A DNA stretch of 64,000 bases, from contig QPGO01000022.1 in the NCBI GenBank assembly GCA_008632985.1, positions 496,001 to 560,000 on the forward strand, given 5' to 3'. Position numbers and translations under genes: made by a program. Under the pieces are notes generated by a model. The model was not told the origin of the DNA. It did not search any database and saw nothing but the letters and a program-made list of their open reading frames with translations. This DNA is from Psammoneis japonica. Its lineage: Eukaryota. This document shows positions 1 through 12,126 of the stretch, in pieces; positions within the stretch are counted from its first letter, which is position 1, and each line of letters starts with the position of its first letter.

Positions 1-3000
1 AACAGTGTGCCTGTCGCTGACTGAGCTTTGTGCTTCGGTTTAATCTTGAAATCTTTGTCTTTGTTCAGTTCGCGTCACTCCATCCTCTAGCAAATCCATC
101 TGCAAACATGGAAGACGACCATTCCTGCTCCTGTCGACCACCAACAGTTCAGATGGACTGTGTTTGGCATCATCTGATGAGAGTGATGAGTCCTTGTGGC
201 CACACATGTGGCCTGTGGTTTTTTCTGTTTTCTCTCTGCCAGTTTTTTTTTTCCAGTGCCTCTGAGCAGTGCCCCCCAAACAATGAAGGTGTGTGTCCAC
301 CCATCACCAGGGCTGTTGGTCCATCGCACAAGCTGCACGTGCCCAGAACCTGCAAATGTCAGACATCAGATTTGTTGCAGTTGCCACACTGCTGTGCTGG
401 AAAAACAGCCATTTTTTGCCAAGCAAAGCTGCCCTTCCTGTCACAAACAATTGGCCACAACTTCCAGGGATGAAATGGTTGCAACAACTGGCACTTGACT
501 GTCAACGTCCCTGGCTGCAGTTGCTGGAGCTCTCCAGGCTGTTGACCTCACACACATGGTTGCAACTGCCCAAAACAGATTCCATGTTTTCTCAAAAGCA
601 AAGCAAGAAGTTGCATCTGTTGCTCAGCTTTGTGGATTCCAAAAATGTCAAGCCCCAGACCATTGACTTGGTCCATCCTTGATGACACACACCGGCAAAC
701 ATGCCAACTTGGTGTTTTCTGGTGCAGCATGATGAGCAGCCTTTTTTCAGCAAAAATGATTGTCGTGTGTTTTGCCAGATGCCTTCCCCCCAGCCCCTTT
801 CTTGCAACCCTCAAAGTTTTCACCACACTGCAATGTAAGATCTGGCTGTCTTGGGTGCAAGTGCTGCAAAAGGTGGCAAAGTTGTGCACAAACTGGGTGT
901 GCAGCCACATGTTGAGGCCAGCTGACTCTCTTCCACCATTGTTTTGCATGGTCCAATTTGTGCCAAGCCAAACTCTCATCTTGCAGGTGTGGACAACAGC
1001 ACGTGCTGATTTAAACAGCTTGGCTGCATGCCTGCAGTTCCCAAATCTGTTGAGATGCAGCACAGAATTTGCACCATTGCCGCCACATTCTGCAGGTTCA
1101 GTGCTTGACACAGGCAAAGGAGAGCCATGCTCTGGCACAATGGACAATCTCACTTGTTTGACCAGAGCTCTTGTGATTTGCACCATGGCCACATCTGCAA
1201 GCCGCGTGCATCCAGGCCAGAATTTCTGTCCAACAGATTGAAAAAAATGGTGGAAAGACAGGGTTTGATGCTGGTGTCTTTCAGGTGCAAAAAAGGGCAT
1301 GTCATGCACAACCAATTTTGTTCTGCTGTGCAAATTCAGCCCTGTGCTTTTGTCTGACAGCCAAATTGTCTGCATTTTGACATCTCTTGTTCTTTTTGTC
1401 AGGTGGGTGAACAAAAGCTTCTGCTTTGCAAGCACATAAAATTTTCCACACAGGCATCAGAAAAATTGCTGAAATTGCAGCCATGCACTGGTTTTTGCTG
1501 CCATTTCTCATTTTTTTTCAACTTGGCTGTTGTTGCCACCAATCTGCAGTGCCATGTTGGGCTTCACATTGGCAAGATCATTGACTTTTTCTTTTCCCAC
1601 ACAACTTGCCTGTCACCTTCTGATGTGCCACCATTTCTCACCAACAAGAAAGCTCCAACACCTGCAGCTGCACTCACATTAATTTGACAACTCTCCTCAT
1701 TGGCTTGGTGTTTGCTCATTGCAGTGGTGTCCCTTGTGCCTCTGTGCTTTGGCCAAACAAACTCTCATCTCTGCTGTGCAACTCACAGCTTCAGCTGCTC
1801 CAGCTGATGATGGCCATGATCCCTTTTGCAATGGCTGTGTTTTGTGAGTCTTGTGGTGGGGCACCTTCAAAAGCACGGACCTTGCACAAGTGGTTCCCTC
1901 ATCTTTCAAAAACATTTTTCTGTCTCCTTTCCTTGCTGCAGAGCCCATGTGCCCTCCAGAAGTTGATGTTGTTGGAGCAGATGACTCAGCAAGTTACAGC
2001 ACTTTTCTGATTGATGATGGCCACAGCAACCTTGCTCCAACCAATCATGAGGGTTTTTGGTGGGGCTGGTGACAACCCCATTTCCAGAGAAGATGGCACA
2101 CAAGCACCATGCATCTTTGTCTCCACTTCAATTTTTTTGTCTTTGTTGATGATCCAGCATTTTTCCCAAGGAAGGGCTCAGTTTCTCAACAAAGCATTGG
2201 GGGCAGTGCACAAAGAAAGCATGCAGGCTTTGCACCACCACATCATGCACAAGCTGTGGTGCCAGTGAAGAAGAGAGACAATGCCACCCACACCCAACAT
2301 TGATGACTTCTCTCTGCTTGATGGTCAGGCACAGAGGCTGTCAAGCACATCACAGGATTTTTGTGGAGATGCAGGGTTGCATTGTTCGTTGTTCTTGCAA
2401 GACTGGTGTCAACCAAGTTGGCCCCAGCTCTTGTTGCGCCACAAAACCTTTTTGTTTTCATTGGCGACAAACAAAGAAAGAGCTCCACTGTGGTTGCAAG
2501 CCCTGTGGACCATTTGGGCCTGTGCCTTGTGCTCTTGATGCTTCAAAAGAGTGGCCTGTGTAGCATGCATGTGTTGACTGGTGACTTGCCAACTTCCACA
2601 GCATGCTCCAGGCACACTGTCAGACAGCTTCTGCTGCACACAGGAGAAACCTCAAATTTTGCAAAGAGAGTGGGGAACAAGTTGCGCAAATGTGTTTGAG
2701 CTTGACTTCTCCTTTGTTTTGCTTGTCTGGCTGGCAACATTCTCAGCCAGGAATGTGGATCTGTTCTCTTGCAAGATCAGTTATGCATCTGGTGCTGAGA
2801 GAGGCACAAATCTGAAAAAAGTGGTTTTTTGTCAACAATGTGCCATCTGACTGTGCTGCAGCAGCAGCCATGCTTGTGCCATCACCATTGCTTGTTGACA
2901 GCCAATCATGTGCTCCAAGTGCAGCAGTGGTCCAACACAAGTGACCAACACTTTGGAGCTGTGGTGTGCAAGTCTGGCTGATGCTTTTTGTTGCAGCTGG

Positions 3001-6000
3001 CAGACACTCTTTCAATGTTGGCGTGTTGTTCACAAAAGGCAGCTCAGCAAGGGCTCTTGATGCGCTGAGTGCAAATTTTCCATCAGCCCTTCATGAGTTT
3101 GATTGACCACCATCAAGAAGCCATCAAGCTGCATGAGCTGCACAACAAACATCATTGCAAATGAAAAGCACAGCTGCTTGAGCTGTTCAACCATCCAACC
3201 TGGATGTTAGAAAGGCTGTTGAAACAAATGCAATGAGCGACTTGCACTTTTCAAAGTTCAAAGTTTTCCCTGGTTGCTGTGGCAGAGGCTCAGGAAAGGA
3301 TGATTGGAGCCACAGACACCATGGCATGTTCAAATTTTAGTGCAGCTTGAGTGGAAGCTCCTGGATGAGTTGTTGCAAGACAGGAGGGCAGATCTTAAAC
3401 AGCCATGCGACAACTTTGGCAAGCACACAGTCATTTTGCTGTCATCTTGCCACTCTCTCATCTGAAAGTGTGTGCCAGGCACCACACATTGACATCAAAT
3501 TCTCACAATGAAGCTTGTTTTTTGGACAAACAACTTGACTTCAGTGGGAGCTTGCAGAAGCACATCTTCAACAAGATGGACACATGGATGTCAGCAAAAG
3601 AGCTCCCAGAGGAGATCAAAGAGATGGCTCTAAGGAAGCCAGCAAGGAAAACAAAACAGCCCGACAGGAAAGTGTCAGAAGGAAGACAACTGAGATGCAA
3701 AGCATGCAGGTTTGCTTGACATCATTGTGCCCATGCAAAGTGCTCAGACAACTTGAAGCTGTTCTTGGTTGTTGCTGCAGCAGCTCTTCAGAGCCCAAGC
3801 TTTGACATGTGGGCTGCCAAAGGCAGCTGATGTGTTAAAAAGGGGAGGAGGACAAGGAAACATGCACAGACAGCAAGCTGTTTGCAAAAGAACTTTGCCT
3901 GACATCGTCTGTGGACTGTGACCAGCTCATGAAGGAAGCTGCTGCCAACAACATTGACAGCTGAGCTGAACTTTATTGGAGGTGCCCACCCCTTCTTCTG
4001 TGCAACAATGGCAACAACCAGGCTGAAGACACTGTGCACTGAGAAGAAGCCAAGCACACAAGTGAGCAGCACCCAAGGGTGCCAGAAATCTGGCTGAATT
4101 TGCAGTGGGTGCAAAGCACACAGAGAGAGGCAAAGGCAAAACTGCAAAGATGAGCCAAGACAGACAAGCAACATGTGGCCAAACATGGAGCAACACCAGC
4201 CATTTGAGTGTCACACCTCCTCAACTTTGGTTGGTGCTTTCAGGAGGAGAGGAAAAAAGGAGGCAGTGCCTTGTGCAGACAAGAAAAAGAGGAAGAGGGA
4301 AGAGAGCAGGAAAGAGCTCTCAAGGAAGAAGGGGATGGGGAGCAGCCAAAAATGATGGCCTGTTGGTGGGAGCTGGCGACAGTGGTGGAAACAACAAGAC
4401 AAACAAGAAGAAGAATGACAAGAGCAAAAAAGCAAAAATGGCACATTGCTGAGGGTGACAAGAAAGACAAGAACAACAACAAACACATGTGCACATGTTG
4501 TTGGAGTTTTTTGGCTTGCAGACTGGCACATGATCAGTCTCGCCAACTCCCAACTCTCATTGTGTGGTTTGCAAACACAGCGCTGATGCTGTTGACCACT
4601 GCTGCCATGTCAACTGGGTGCAGAAGTTAAAAAGTGAGCACAAGACCCACAATCTGAGTTTCAAAGGCAAACTTGCCACATTGTCTGCAACCATCAACAC
4701 ATCTTTCAACTGCAACTTTGTCTGTCCCCCACAAAAACAGCCTCCAACCCCAATGTTGTTCCAACACACTCCTTTGCAATTCATTGGCCTCTTGTGCATC
4801 AAGCATGGGAGGATCACTTGGAACCCATGCCACTCAACATCATTTCAACTGTTTTGTTGATTCCCATGGTCTGCATCATCTGATTTGGCCAACAAATGAT
4901 CATTGTCAGGACAATCCCTCCTCAGACATCCAATCTTGTTGCATTTCCAGCATTTCATCTGCTTCTTGTTGCCCTGTGCAGAACTTGTGCTGTCATGTTT
5001 CCTTTTTGGTCCTGCAGATGCCCAACACCTGCAGTGCCTTCTCAGCTGAATTGGGGCAAATGTGAACCCCCAGTGTGAACTGCAAATTCAGGTCTCAAAA
5101 GACCTCCATTGCCGTTGCTGCTGGTGAATGGCAAATTGTTCCTTTCTTCATTCTGGGTGTCATCAGCATCTTTGCTGAACTCCCATCTTCTTTTTTCTTC
5201 CAGGATGATCCTGCTGCAAGATGTTTCTGCCACCCCAACCATCACACTCACAAAAAAATGGATCACAACAATCTTGGATCACCCCTTTTTCATCTTGACA
5301 AATGAGCGCCAACTGCTTCCAAGCCTTGACAGCCTGGACATGTGGGTTTGTCTTCTCATTTGTGTTGAACAAGATTGACTTGAGAATTTCCAGCAGCACT
5401 GCCATGTCCCACTCCTTTGCAACTCTCGCACCAAGCTCTGTCACTCCTTTGATCTTGGTTGTGCCAAATTCCCTTCTTTTTTGCACAGGGCAGGTGGCTT
5501 CTTCCTTGCAATCAAAGCCTGGGGGACATCTCCAGCTGGCTGCTGCCAAAAGAAACTTGTGTGTGGAATTTGTGCTGAAACAAGAGTGTGCTGGCCAGTG
5601 CATTTGGGGAGTTTGGCCAGATTTGGTGAATGCTGGACAGACCAGATTTCTTTCTTGCACGTAAAAATGCACTGGCAAAGCCCCCAAACACACTGATGGG
5701 CAGACTTTTTGCAGCCAGCCATCAAAATTTGTGCTTGATTTTGGACTTCTGCACTGGGCTTCTGACTCAGAGAACATTCATGCACTGACAAACATCTGGG
5801 CACTTTTGTTGTGCAGATGCCTCAATGATGAAAGGTGACACTGGGGTGCAAAACTTGGCACACCAACTTTGGAGCAAAACTCAGCATGCCAACTTTGGAA
5901 ACAAAAACTCAGCATGCCAGCTTTGGGGCAACTGCAAAACTCAGCAAACCAACTTTGGGATGAAATGGGTGTTGGAGCTTCGTGGCTTGCTGACAGCGTG

Positions 6001-6233
6001 CGCTCAGTCTTGTCATCTTTTGACTCACTCTGTGGCTTGCAAACACATCAACTGATGTCACTGGCTGTTGTCACTGTGTCAACTGGGTGTGGAAGCTAAA
6101 ACGTGAGCTCAGGACCCACAACTCAATCCAACTTGCAAGTGCAAACTTGCCACATTGTCCACAACTGTCAGCGTGTCTTGCACTGCAACTGCTCCATCTG
6201 TCTGTGCTTCAACAACTGCCACTGGACTGACCC
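1..6233. mobile_element. Field of old, heavily mutated transposon relics (mostly LTR-retrotransposon gag/pol-like fragments on the - strand), almost devoid of TpA and CpG
   Basis: Near absence of TA and CG dinucleotides. No coherent gene. 5163-5777(-) gives gag-like text (KIKGVTELGARVAKEWD..LLEILK) also seen at 13874-14338. Segment about 4555-5500 is repeated at 6005-6233 + 13342-14170. Confidence 0.7.
5855..5960. repeat. Short degenerate tandem repeats (AAACTCAGCATGCCAACTTTGG-like); related cluster at about 15765-15835
   Basis: About 4 degenerate 22-30 bp units seen directly. The same motif recurs at 15765-15835, probably subterminal repeats of a relic element. Confidence 0.6.
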
Positions 6234-6509
6234 TGACAGAAAATGAAGGCAAATGGCAAGAATTCAAACAACAACTCCTTGCTGCTGTCTAAACAGCAGA
6301 TGAGTCTCCGCTCAGAGACCGTTGCAGGAGCCGAAAGACGTGCAAGTCGGTGCAATCGGGCCACTGTCATTATTCTTGTGAGCCTTGTGGCTCGAAAGCA
6401 AACTACATCGCGCGTGAACGCGCGGAACTAAAGCACACAAAACTGTGCACGGTAAACTAAACAGCGCGCGACACTTCGCGCGCACCCAAATCCTGTTCAA
6501 ATCCTGTCA
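6234..6509 (-). repeat. 3' LTR of copia-1 (TpA-mutated copy)
   Basis: Aligns without gaps to 13066-13341 with 11 substitutions. Adjacent to the PPT. Confidence 0.97.
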
Positions 6510-9500
6510 CTCCCCAGTTTGCTTGAGGAGCCACAGAAACAGATTCGACTTCGGATGGAATGAAGTTCCAGAACATGAGGGGGCGGAGAAGGTCCCAGAT
6601 TTGGGAGCAACCCCAATGCTTGCTGAGAATGTCAGCAGGGTTGCGGGAGCCTTCGATGAAGTGGAACTCAAGGTGACCAGAGGCAATTGCCTCACGCACA
6701 CGGTGGAACGACAGTGCGGTGTGTCGCTTGTGTAACTTGGAGTGCGGGATGGTGGCACTGTCTACAACCGACTTGTTGTCACCGAACATGTAACTAACGT
6801 TACGGATCGGGACGCCAAGGTGGCGCAGGGTGATGCGCAGGTCGATAATCTGCTCAACACAAGTCCTTGCGGCAACAAATTCAGACCCGCAGGTCGCAGT
6901 CTCCACGGTGGCTTGTTTCTTAGAGAACCAATCAGCCGGGAATTTGTTGAGGAAGTGGAGCATTCCCATGACAGAGCGTCCGGTGAGCATGCAATGGTGC
7001 AAGTTTGCATCGACGCAGTGGGTGGTAGTGACGAACTTGCCAAGGGGCGGTGGAGCGTCCTTCGGGATCATCTCTTCTGCTTCACCACACACGGAATGCA
7101 TCCATTCATAGGCCGGAGCAGGGAGATCCGAACAGTCGGGCTCTTCCATACGAACGCGGAGAGCACCGTGTCGCATCTTGGAGAGGCACCCACAGACGCG
7201 TTTGGCACGATCCAAGTGGCCTTGACGGGGCGCAGCTCGGAAGCTAGAGAGTGACATGACGGCCGTGGTGATGTCAATTCGACCAAGAGACACTGCCCAT
7301 TGGAGTGAACCAACAAGGGACTGGAACTTGTGCATGCCATCGGGTCCCAGCAGTTCGGAAGTGTCCAGTTCGGGGTGGTCACCCTTCTCCAGAGGTGACA
7401 GGGCGTTGGTGGCAGGTTTCTCCCCAAACAGTCGGGTGCAGCTGTCGACCATGCGCTCGATGTACTTGCGCGGAGACAGGCTCAAGGTTCCGTTGGGTTC
7501 CCGGGAAAAGTCGCAACCCAGATGGAACTCAATGGGTCCCGTGCCCTTGAGCTTGAACTTGTGCTTTTCCGTGAGAGTGTCGACGAAAGATTGAGGGTCC
7601 TTCATGGCAATGGCGAGGTCATCCACATAAACGGCAATGCATTCACAGTGGTCGCCGTTCCTGCGCATCCAAATGTTGGGTTCGGCGCGGCAGGGGAAGA
7701 AGCCTTCAGCTCGCAGGCAGTCGGCGAAGCGCTCGTGCCAGCGGAGACTGGAGCTGCGCAGTCCATGCAGTGCCTTGTGGATGACAAGGATGTGTCCTTC
7801 GAGTTTGCCGAACTCGGGTCCAGCTACAATGTAAAGCTTCTCCTTGGTGGTGGCTTCAAGGTGGGCATTGCCAATGTCGGTGGCCCATGTCTCCAACTCG
7901 TTGAGTTCGGCCAGGAAAATCATCAGCCGAAGGCCACGGAGGGAGACTGCTCCGGAGCAGACACTGTCGACAGGTACGTCCGTGAGGTGCCCGTCGGCTA
8001 CGAGTCGTGCCTTGTGGCGACCGTCGTGTTTCACATCGTACACTGGGTGCACTCGAATCTTCTTGTGTCCCGCAGGAGGAGTGGAAGACTTGAAGGGCCC
8101 GCAGTCATGGAAGACTTCACATTCGTCGAGTTGGTCCATCTCGAGATTGGTTGCGTCTCCCCACTTGCGGTTGCCGTTGCGTTCGTCCAGTGACATGGCG
8201 TGTTTGTAGTTCCGGGGAACTTCGCATCCACACTTGCAGCGGGGTGCAGTGCGGAAGGAGCGAAGCTTGGCTTGGTTGGCCATGCGAAATGGCTTCTTTT
8301 GGCGCCTCGCGATGGTGCGGAACCGCTTCCAGCCATCCGTGTCGAGGAGTCCGTTCTCTCGTGCATAGATGGCACAGGTGACGGGGTCGTCCCTGGCGAT
8401 GATGGCAAGAGGCTCGGACGTGATCTCCCCACTTTCCCATTCAAGCATGATGTTGTAGCTGGAGCCTTTCCAGGTTGGGTCGTGAGGCTTCAGAGGTCCT
8501 TCGTGTGACACGATGCGTCGAAATTTCCAAACAGTGGTGTCTTCGTCTTCTTGCTCAATGTGATTCATGATGTCATTGCAGGCAAGGACTTCCTCGTATT
8601 CGTCATTGTTGACAGAGCAGACGAACTTAGTGAGCTCGGGATTGCCGTTCACTTTCCATTCGTGGTCTTCGACGGCCTTGACGATGCGAGCTCTGTGGCG
8701 TTGTCCGTCCTCTTGTGGCTGCATGAGGAAGGTACGTCCAATGATGTCTTGCGGATCGAAAACTGGCATCTTGGGTGTCCTGATCTCCCCATCAGGAGAG
8801 TCGACGGGGTTGTCGTCATGGCGAGATTTGATGATGGGTTCAGGTGGCTCCCCATCAGGAGGATCAAGACGCAGGTTTCGAACGGCAGGATCGGGGGTGG
8901 CGGAGCGGACGTTGGACCGGCAGAGGATCTTCTGAGTCTCATCAGATAGAATCTTGAAGGTCATCTGGTGGCCGACGTGCTCAGCAATGCCAACGAAGCG
9001 TCCACGCAACTCACGGGATTCAGACGGCCAATCGGAGTCATCGAGGTGGAAGCACACGGGTTCCCACCAGTGAAAGCGAAGCAATGGGCTGATGTCCGGG
9101 GTGGAGCCAGTGAGAGTCTCGAGGGGCGTGCGCCAGTGGAGACGTGGGGACGCTGCATGGTTGAGCATGAAGCACACGCACATGAGCGCCAGCAGCCATG
9201 TGTGGGCGGGCGAACCAAAACGATCCATGACAGTGTTCGCCATGCGCTTCACGGTCTGGTGTCGACACTCGGCAAAGTTTTGGTGTTGCTGGTGAGGCTC
9301 ACTTTGCCAGCTAGAGATGAAGAGGGCGCGCAGGATCCCGAGCACTTTGTTGCTGATCTCAACTTGAGCACGGTCGCTAATGAGTTTGGATGGGGCACCA
9401 CGTGCACGGATCTGATCCTCGAGTGTGTTGACAAACTCTTTGTCCATCTCAGTGCCGCAGACGTCAGTGATGGTAGACTCGGTGCCAACAAACAGTTGGG

Positions 9501-12126
9501 CGCTGGTGCAACCAGAGTCGACGGCCGGGGTGTCGGCACAAACGGTGTCAGTGGCGATGGGCTCGTTGCGGCGGTGCACATTAAGGGCGGGGTTGGGTGA
9601 TTTGTAGGCCTTGCGAAGGTGTGTGCCGGCGGGCATGCGGGCGTGCTGCGTGGTGCAGTCAAAAGTACGACGGACCGCATCGGTGGGTGGGAAGCCAAAG
9701 CAAGGCCGAAGAGACTCGAAGGGGGGGTCCTTGGGCTGTACAGTGCGCTCCGGAGGTGGAACGTCATCGCCCTGGGGGCCAATCGCATGCAGATGACACT
9801 CGCAGAACACGTCGTCGTTCGGAATGAGGTGATCATCGAGGGCGGACGCGTGATCGGCAGACAAGGAAGCGGACAAGATGGTCTCGTTGACAACGACACG
9901 ATGACGGCAGTTGCCGCATTCGTCAAACAGGTTGGCAGTGGGATCGTCCTGCAGGTCAGAGATCGCGTCGTACCACTGGTCGTCGTCAGTGACAGAGTGA
10001 TCGAGGACGGAAGGGTCCCATGTGTCATCACCGGTGAGGATGACATGGGGCAGGGTGTCCCATTCGGCGTCAGTGCAAGGTCGCATGGTGACACAAGGCA
10101 GGCCAGCCTTGATGTCAATGGGGATGACACAGCCATCAGGAGTGGCAATGCGTTGCAAGCCGTTGGGCACCTTGACAGAGCGATCGTTGACATCCTGTTT
10201 GCACCATTCGAGCTGGCCACAGGAATGGATGGTCTTGCCCTTTCCCGTGTGTGCGCACTGATGGAGGATGGCGATGACGGGACCACGCTGGGTCTCAATG
10301 ACGGCACCAGCGGTGACAATGGGGATGTCCACCAATTGATGATCGTCAATGCCCTGAACGTCGACTTGGCGAGAGGTGCGTGCAATGACGCGAACGTCGT
10401 CGCCAGCAATGCCGCCATTGGCCCCACGATCGACTAGAGCACCAGTGCGTGTGGATCGATGAGCAGAGGCAGAGCAAATGACATTGTGGTTGTTGACGCG
10501 GCGGCAAGTGCGGCCGTTGAGTTCTGTGTCATCTGCAGAAGCTGGCAGGGTAGAGGAAGCGGCGGATGGCCCCGGTCGACTGGCATTGGGGGCTTGGTTA
10601 GGAGACAACAGACGTTGCAGATCACCAGGTGGCAGTGGCTTGCACTTGGTGAGGTGCGCCAGGATGGGATTATCCGAAGTGGCATCCACATGTGGGGCGG
10701 AGTCACCAGAGTCAGCAGGAGTCGTGTTGGACAAGTTGACATCACCGTCACTCCCAAGGCGTTGGTCGTGAAGGTTGGCCGTAACAGACTCATGGCAGTT
10801 GTTGGCTCGCGGGTTGCGGGGAGGTGGACAAGAATGCTCAAGGATGATCGCCTTGGAGGAATCGGGCAACGAATCCCAGAGCCATTGGTGGTCGGGAGGG
10901 AGACGTCTCCATTGGACACCGGCGAGGCTGGGACCGCGGGTGCAGGCAGCATTGGCTTGAAGGACGTCAACGTCGCTGTCAATGTCGTAGAACACATCGT
11001 CGGACGGTTCCTCGGAGCAGACGTCGTGTGCGCACATGGCGCGTCGGGGAGCTCGAGGTGTCGTCTTGGGTTGAAATGTGCTGTCGCACTGAGCTGCCGC
11101 GGAGAGGAGCAAGCCACAGTGTTGATCGCATGTGAGGCTCTTGCCACTCTGCGCACGATGCTGATCAGCTTGGTTCTTGACAGCACGGAGTTCCTCGACA
11201 GGGTGCACGGCATTCTCGAGCATGACGCGCTTCTGTCCTTCAGAGAAGTGGTCACTGGCCGGGATGAGTGCCTCGCACTTGCGCAACTGATCTTGCCAAT
11301 GAAGGATGAACCCATGGGTCGGACCTTTCCAAGTGCCATCACCAAGACGCGCGGTGGTGAGGTGCGTGAGCAAGGTGGAGGACTCGACAGATGCGCGGGT
11401 GGAGGTGAGCGCGTGCTCAGACAAGGCGCGGCAGACGGTCTGTGCATCAGAAGACCCCACATTTTCGCGAATGAGAGCCTTGCCCTTGTCGGTGAGAAGG
11501 ATGCGTTCGAAGACGGCGAACATGCACTTTTGCTGTTCAGCAAAGAGCAGTTTGTCTTCGGGGCTGGTCGGTTTGTACGACGAGTCTAGAGTGCACTCGA
11601 CGTCTTGGGCACGGGCTTGTGCCACAAGTGAGGTGTGCCAAGTGTGCCACTGCTTGTCGGATTTGAGAGCCGTGAAAGCGGTGGGATCATGCTTGATGCC
11701 TCGCTTGAAGTCCCGCACCGGGTCGCGTGCCTTGGTCGGGTTGGTGACATGTGGAGGTGCAAGGGGTGAGCTGCCGATGGACACAGAAGACATGCAGTCG
11801 GGGCTGAGGCGGTGGGCAAGGAACTCGTCATGCGTGAACAAAGAGGAGTCATTGGCAACGTCAAGACCTTTGTGTGCTTTAACAATGTACAGACTGACTG
11901 GTGCTGCCAACATGTTCTTACAACCACGGGGCAAAGGGATCACATTAGCGCCATTGTCGCGCTCAAGCAAGTCGATTTGGGACGGCATGAACGTGAACAG
12001 TTCCTGACATGAGTCCGTGCCGTCTTGGGCCAAAGCCAAACGAAGAGGACTCCCAGCACCTTGGGCAAGCACGGTTCCAACCACGTGCTCGAAACCATCG
12101 GTTTGTTGCTGATGAGTGAGAACCAT
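6457..12126 (-). CDS. Copia Gag-Pol polyprotein (gag, aspartic protease, integrase, reverse transcriptase, RNase H); open but hypermutated
   Basis: Motifs LVDRGANGG (protease), IATDTV/LISDRAQ/NFAE (integrase DDE), KARLVADG, AVYVDD (RT), CVDANL..TGRS and NPADILSK (RNase H), in copia domain order. Likely start MVLTHQQ at 12126. Many expected Tyr appear as Cys/His. Confidence 0.93.
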   Translation of the reverse strand: MVLTHQQQTDGFEHVVGTVLAQGAGSPLRLALAQDGTDSCQELFTFMPSQIDLLERDNGANVIPLPRGCKNMLAAPVSLYIVKAHKGLDVANDSSLFTHDEFLAHRLSPDCMSSVSIGSSPLAPPHVTNPTKARDPVRDFKRGIKHDPTAFTALKSDKQWHTWHTSLVAQARAQDVECTLDSSYKPTSPEDKLLFAEQQKCMFAVFERILLTDKGKALIRENVGSSDAQTVCRALSEHALTSTRASVESSTLLTHLTTARLGDGTWKGPTHGFILHWQDQLRKCEALIPASDHFSEGQKRVMLENAVHPVEELRAVKNQADQHRAQSGKSLTCDQHCGLLLSAAAQCDSTFQPKTTPRAPRRAMCAHDVCSEEPSDDVFYDIDSDVDVLQANAACTRGPSLAGVQWRRLPPDHQWLWDSLPDSSKAIILEHSCPPPRNPRANNCHESVTANLHDQRLGSDGDVNLSNTTPADSGDSAPHVDATSDNPILAHLTKCKPLPPGDLQRLLSPNQAPNASRPGPSAASSTLPASADDTELNGRTCRRVNNHNVICSASAHRSTRTGALVDRGANGGIAGDDVRVIARTSRQVDVQGIDDHQLVDIPIVTAGAVIETQRGPVIAILHQCAHTGKGKTIHSCGQLEWCKQDVNDRSVKVPNGLQRIATPDGCVIPIDIKAGLPCVTMRPCTDAEWDTLPHVILTGDDTWDPSVLDHSVTDDDQWYDAISDLQDDPTANLFDECGNCRHRVVVNETILSASLSADHASALDDHLIPNDDVFCECHLHAIGPQGDDVPPPERTVQPKDPPFESLRPCFGFPPTDAVRRTFDCTTQHARMPAGTHLRKAYKSPNPALNVHRRNEPIATDTVCADTPAVDSGCTSAQLFVGTESTITDVCGTEMDKEFVNTLEDQIRARGAPSKLISDRAQVEISNKVLGILRALFISSWQSEPHQQHQNFAECRHQTVKRMANTVMDRFGSPAHTWLLALMCVCFMLNHAASPRLHWRTPLETLTGSTPDISPLLRFHWWEPVCFHLDDSDWPSESRELRGRFVGIAEHVGHQMTFKILSDETQKILCRSNVRSATPDPAVRNLRLDPPDGEPPEPIIKSRHDDNPVDSPDGEIRTPKMPVFDPQDIIGRTFLMQPQEDGQRHRARIVKAVEDHEWKVNGNPELTKFVCSVNNDEYEEVLACNDIMNHIEQEDEDTTVWKFRRIVSHEGPLKPHDPTWKGSSYNIMLEWESGEITSEPLAIIARDDPVTCAIYARENGLLDTDGWKRFRTIARRQKKPFRMANQAKLRSFRTAPRCKCGCEVPRNYKHAMSLDERNGNRKWGDATNLEMDQLDECEVFHDCGPFKSSTPPAGHKKIRVHPVYDVKHDGRHKARLVADGHLTDVPVDSVCSGAVSLRGLRLMIFLAELNELETWATDIGNAHLEATTKEKLYIVAGPEFGKLEGHILVIHKALHGLRSSSLRWHERFADCLRAEGFFPCRAEPNIWMRRNGDHCECIAVYVDDLAIAMKDPQSFVDTLTEKHKFKLKGTGPIEFHLGCDFSREPNGTLSLSPRKYIERMVDSCTRLFGEKPATNALSPLEKGDHPELDTSELLGPDGMHKFQSLVGSLQWAVSLGRIDITTAVMSLSSFRAAPRQGHLDRAKRVCGCLSKMRHGALRVRMEEPDCSDLPAPAYEWMHSVCGEAEEMIPKDAPPPLGKFVTTTHCVDANLHHCMLTGRSVMGMLHFLNKFPADWFSKKQATVETATCGSEFVAARTCVEQIIDLRITLRHLGVPIRNVSYMFGDNKSVVDSATIPHSKLHKRHTALSFHRVREAIASGHLEFHFIEGSRNPADILSKHWGCSQIWDLLRPLMFWNFIPSEVESVSVAPQANWGVTGFEQDLGAREVSRAV

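Noticed and set aside
9249..11589. Long alternative-frame and antisense ORFs within copia-1 (369-392 aa)
   Set aside because: Shadow ORFs of a GC-rich, TA-depleted coding region, with no recognisable motifs.
6457..12126. ADAR/APOBEC-type editing during retrotransposition, or an alternative genetic code
   Set aside because: Changes occur on both strands, differ between the two LTRs of one element, and also affect a DNA transposon and a host gene. Neighbouring host genes use Tyr and TAA/TAG normally.
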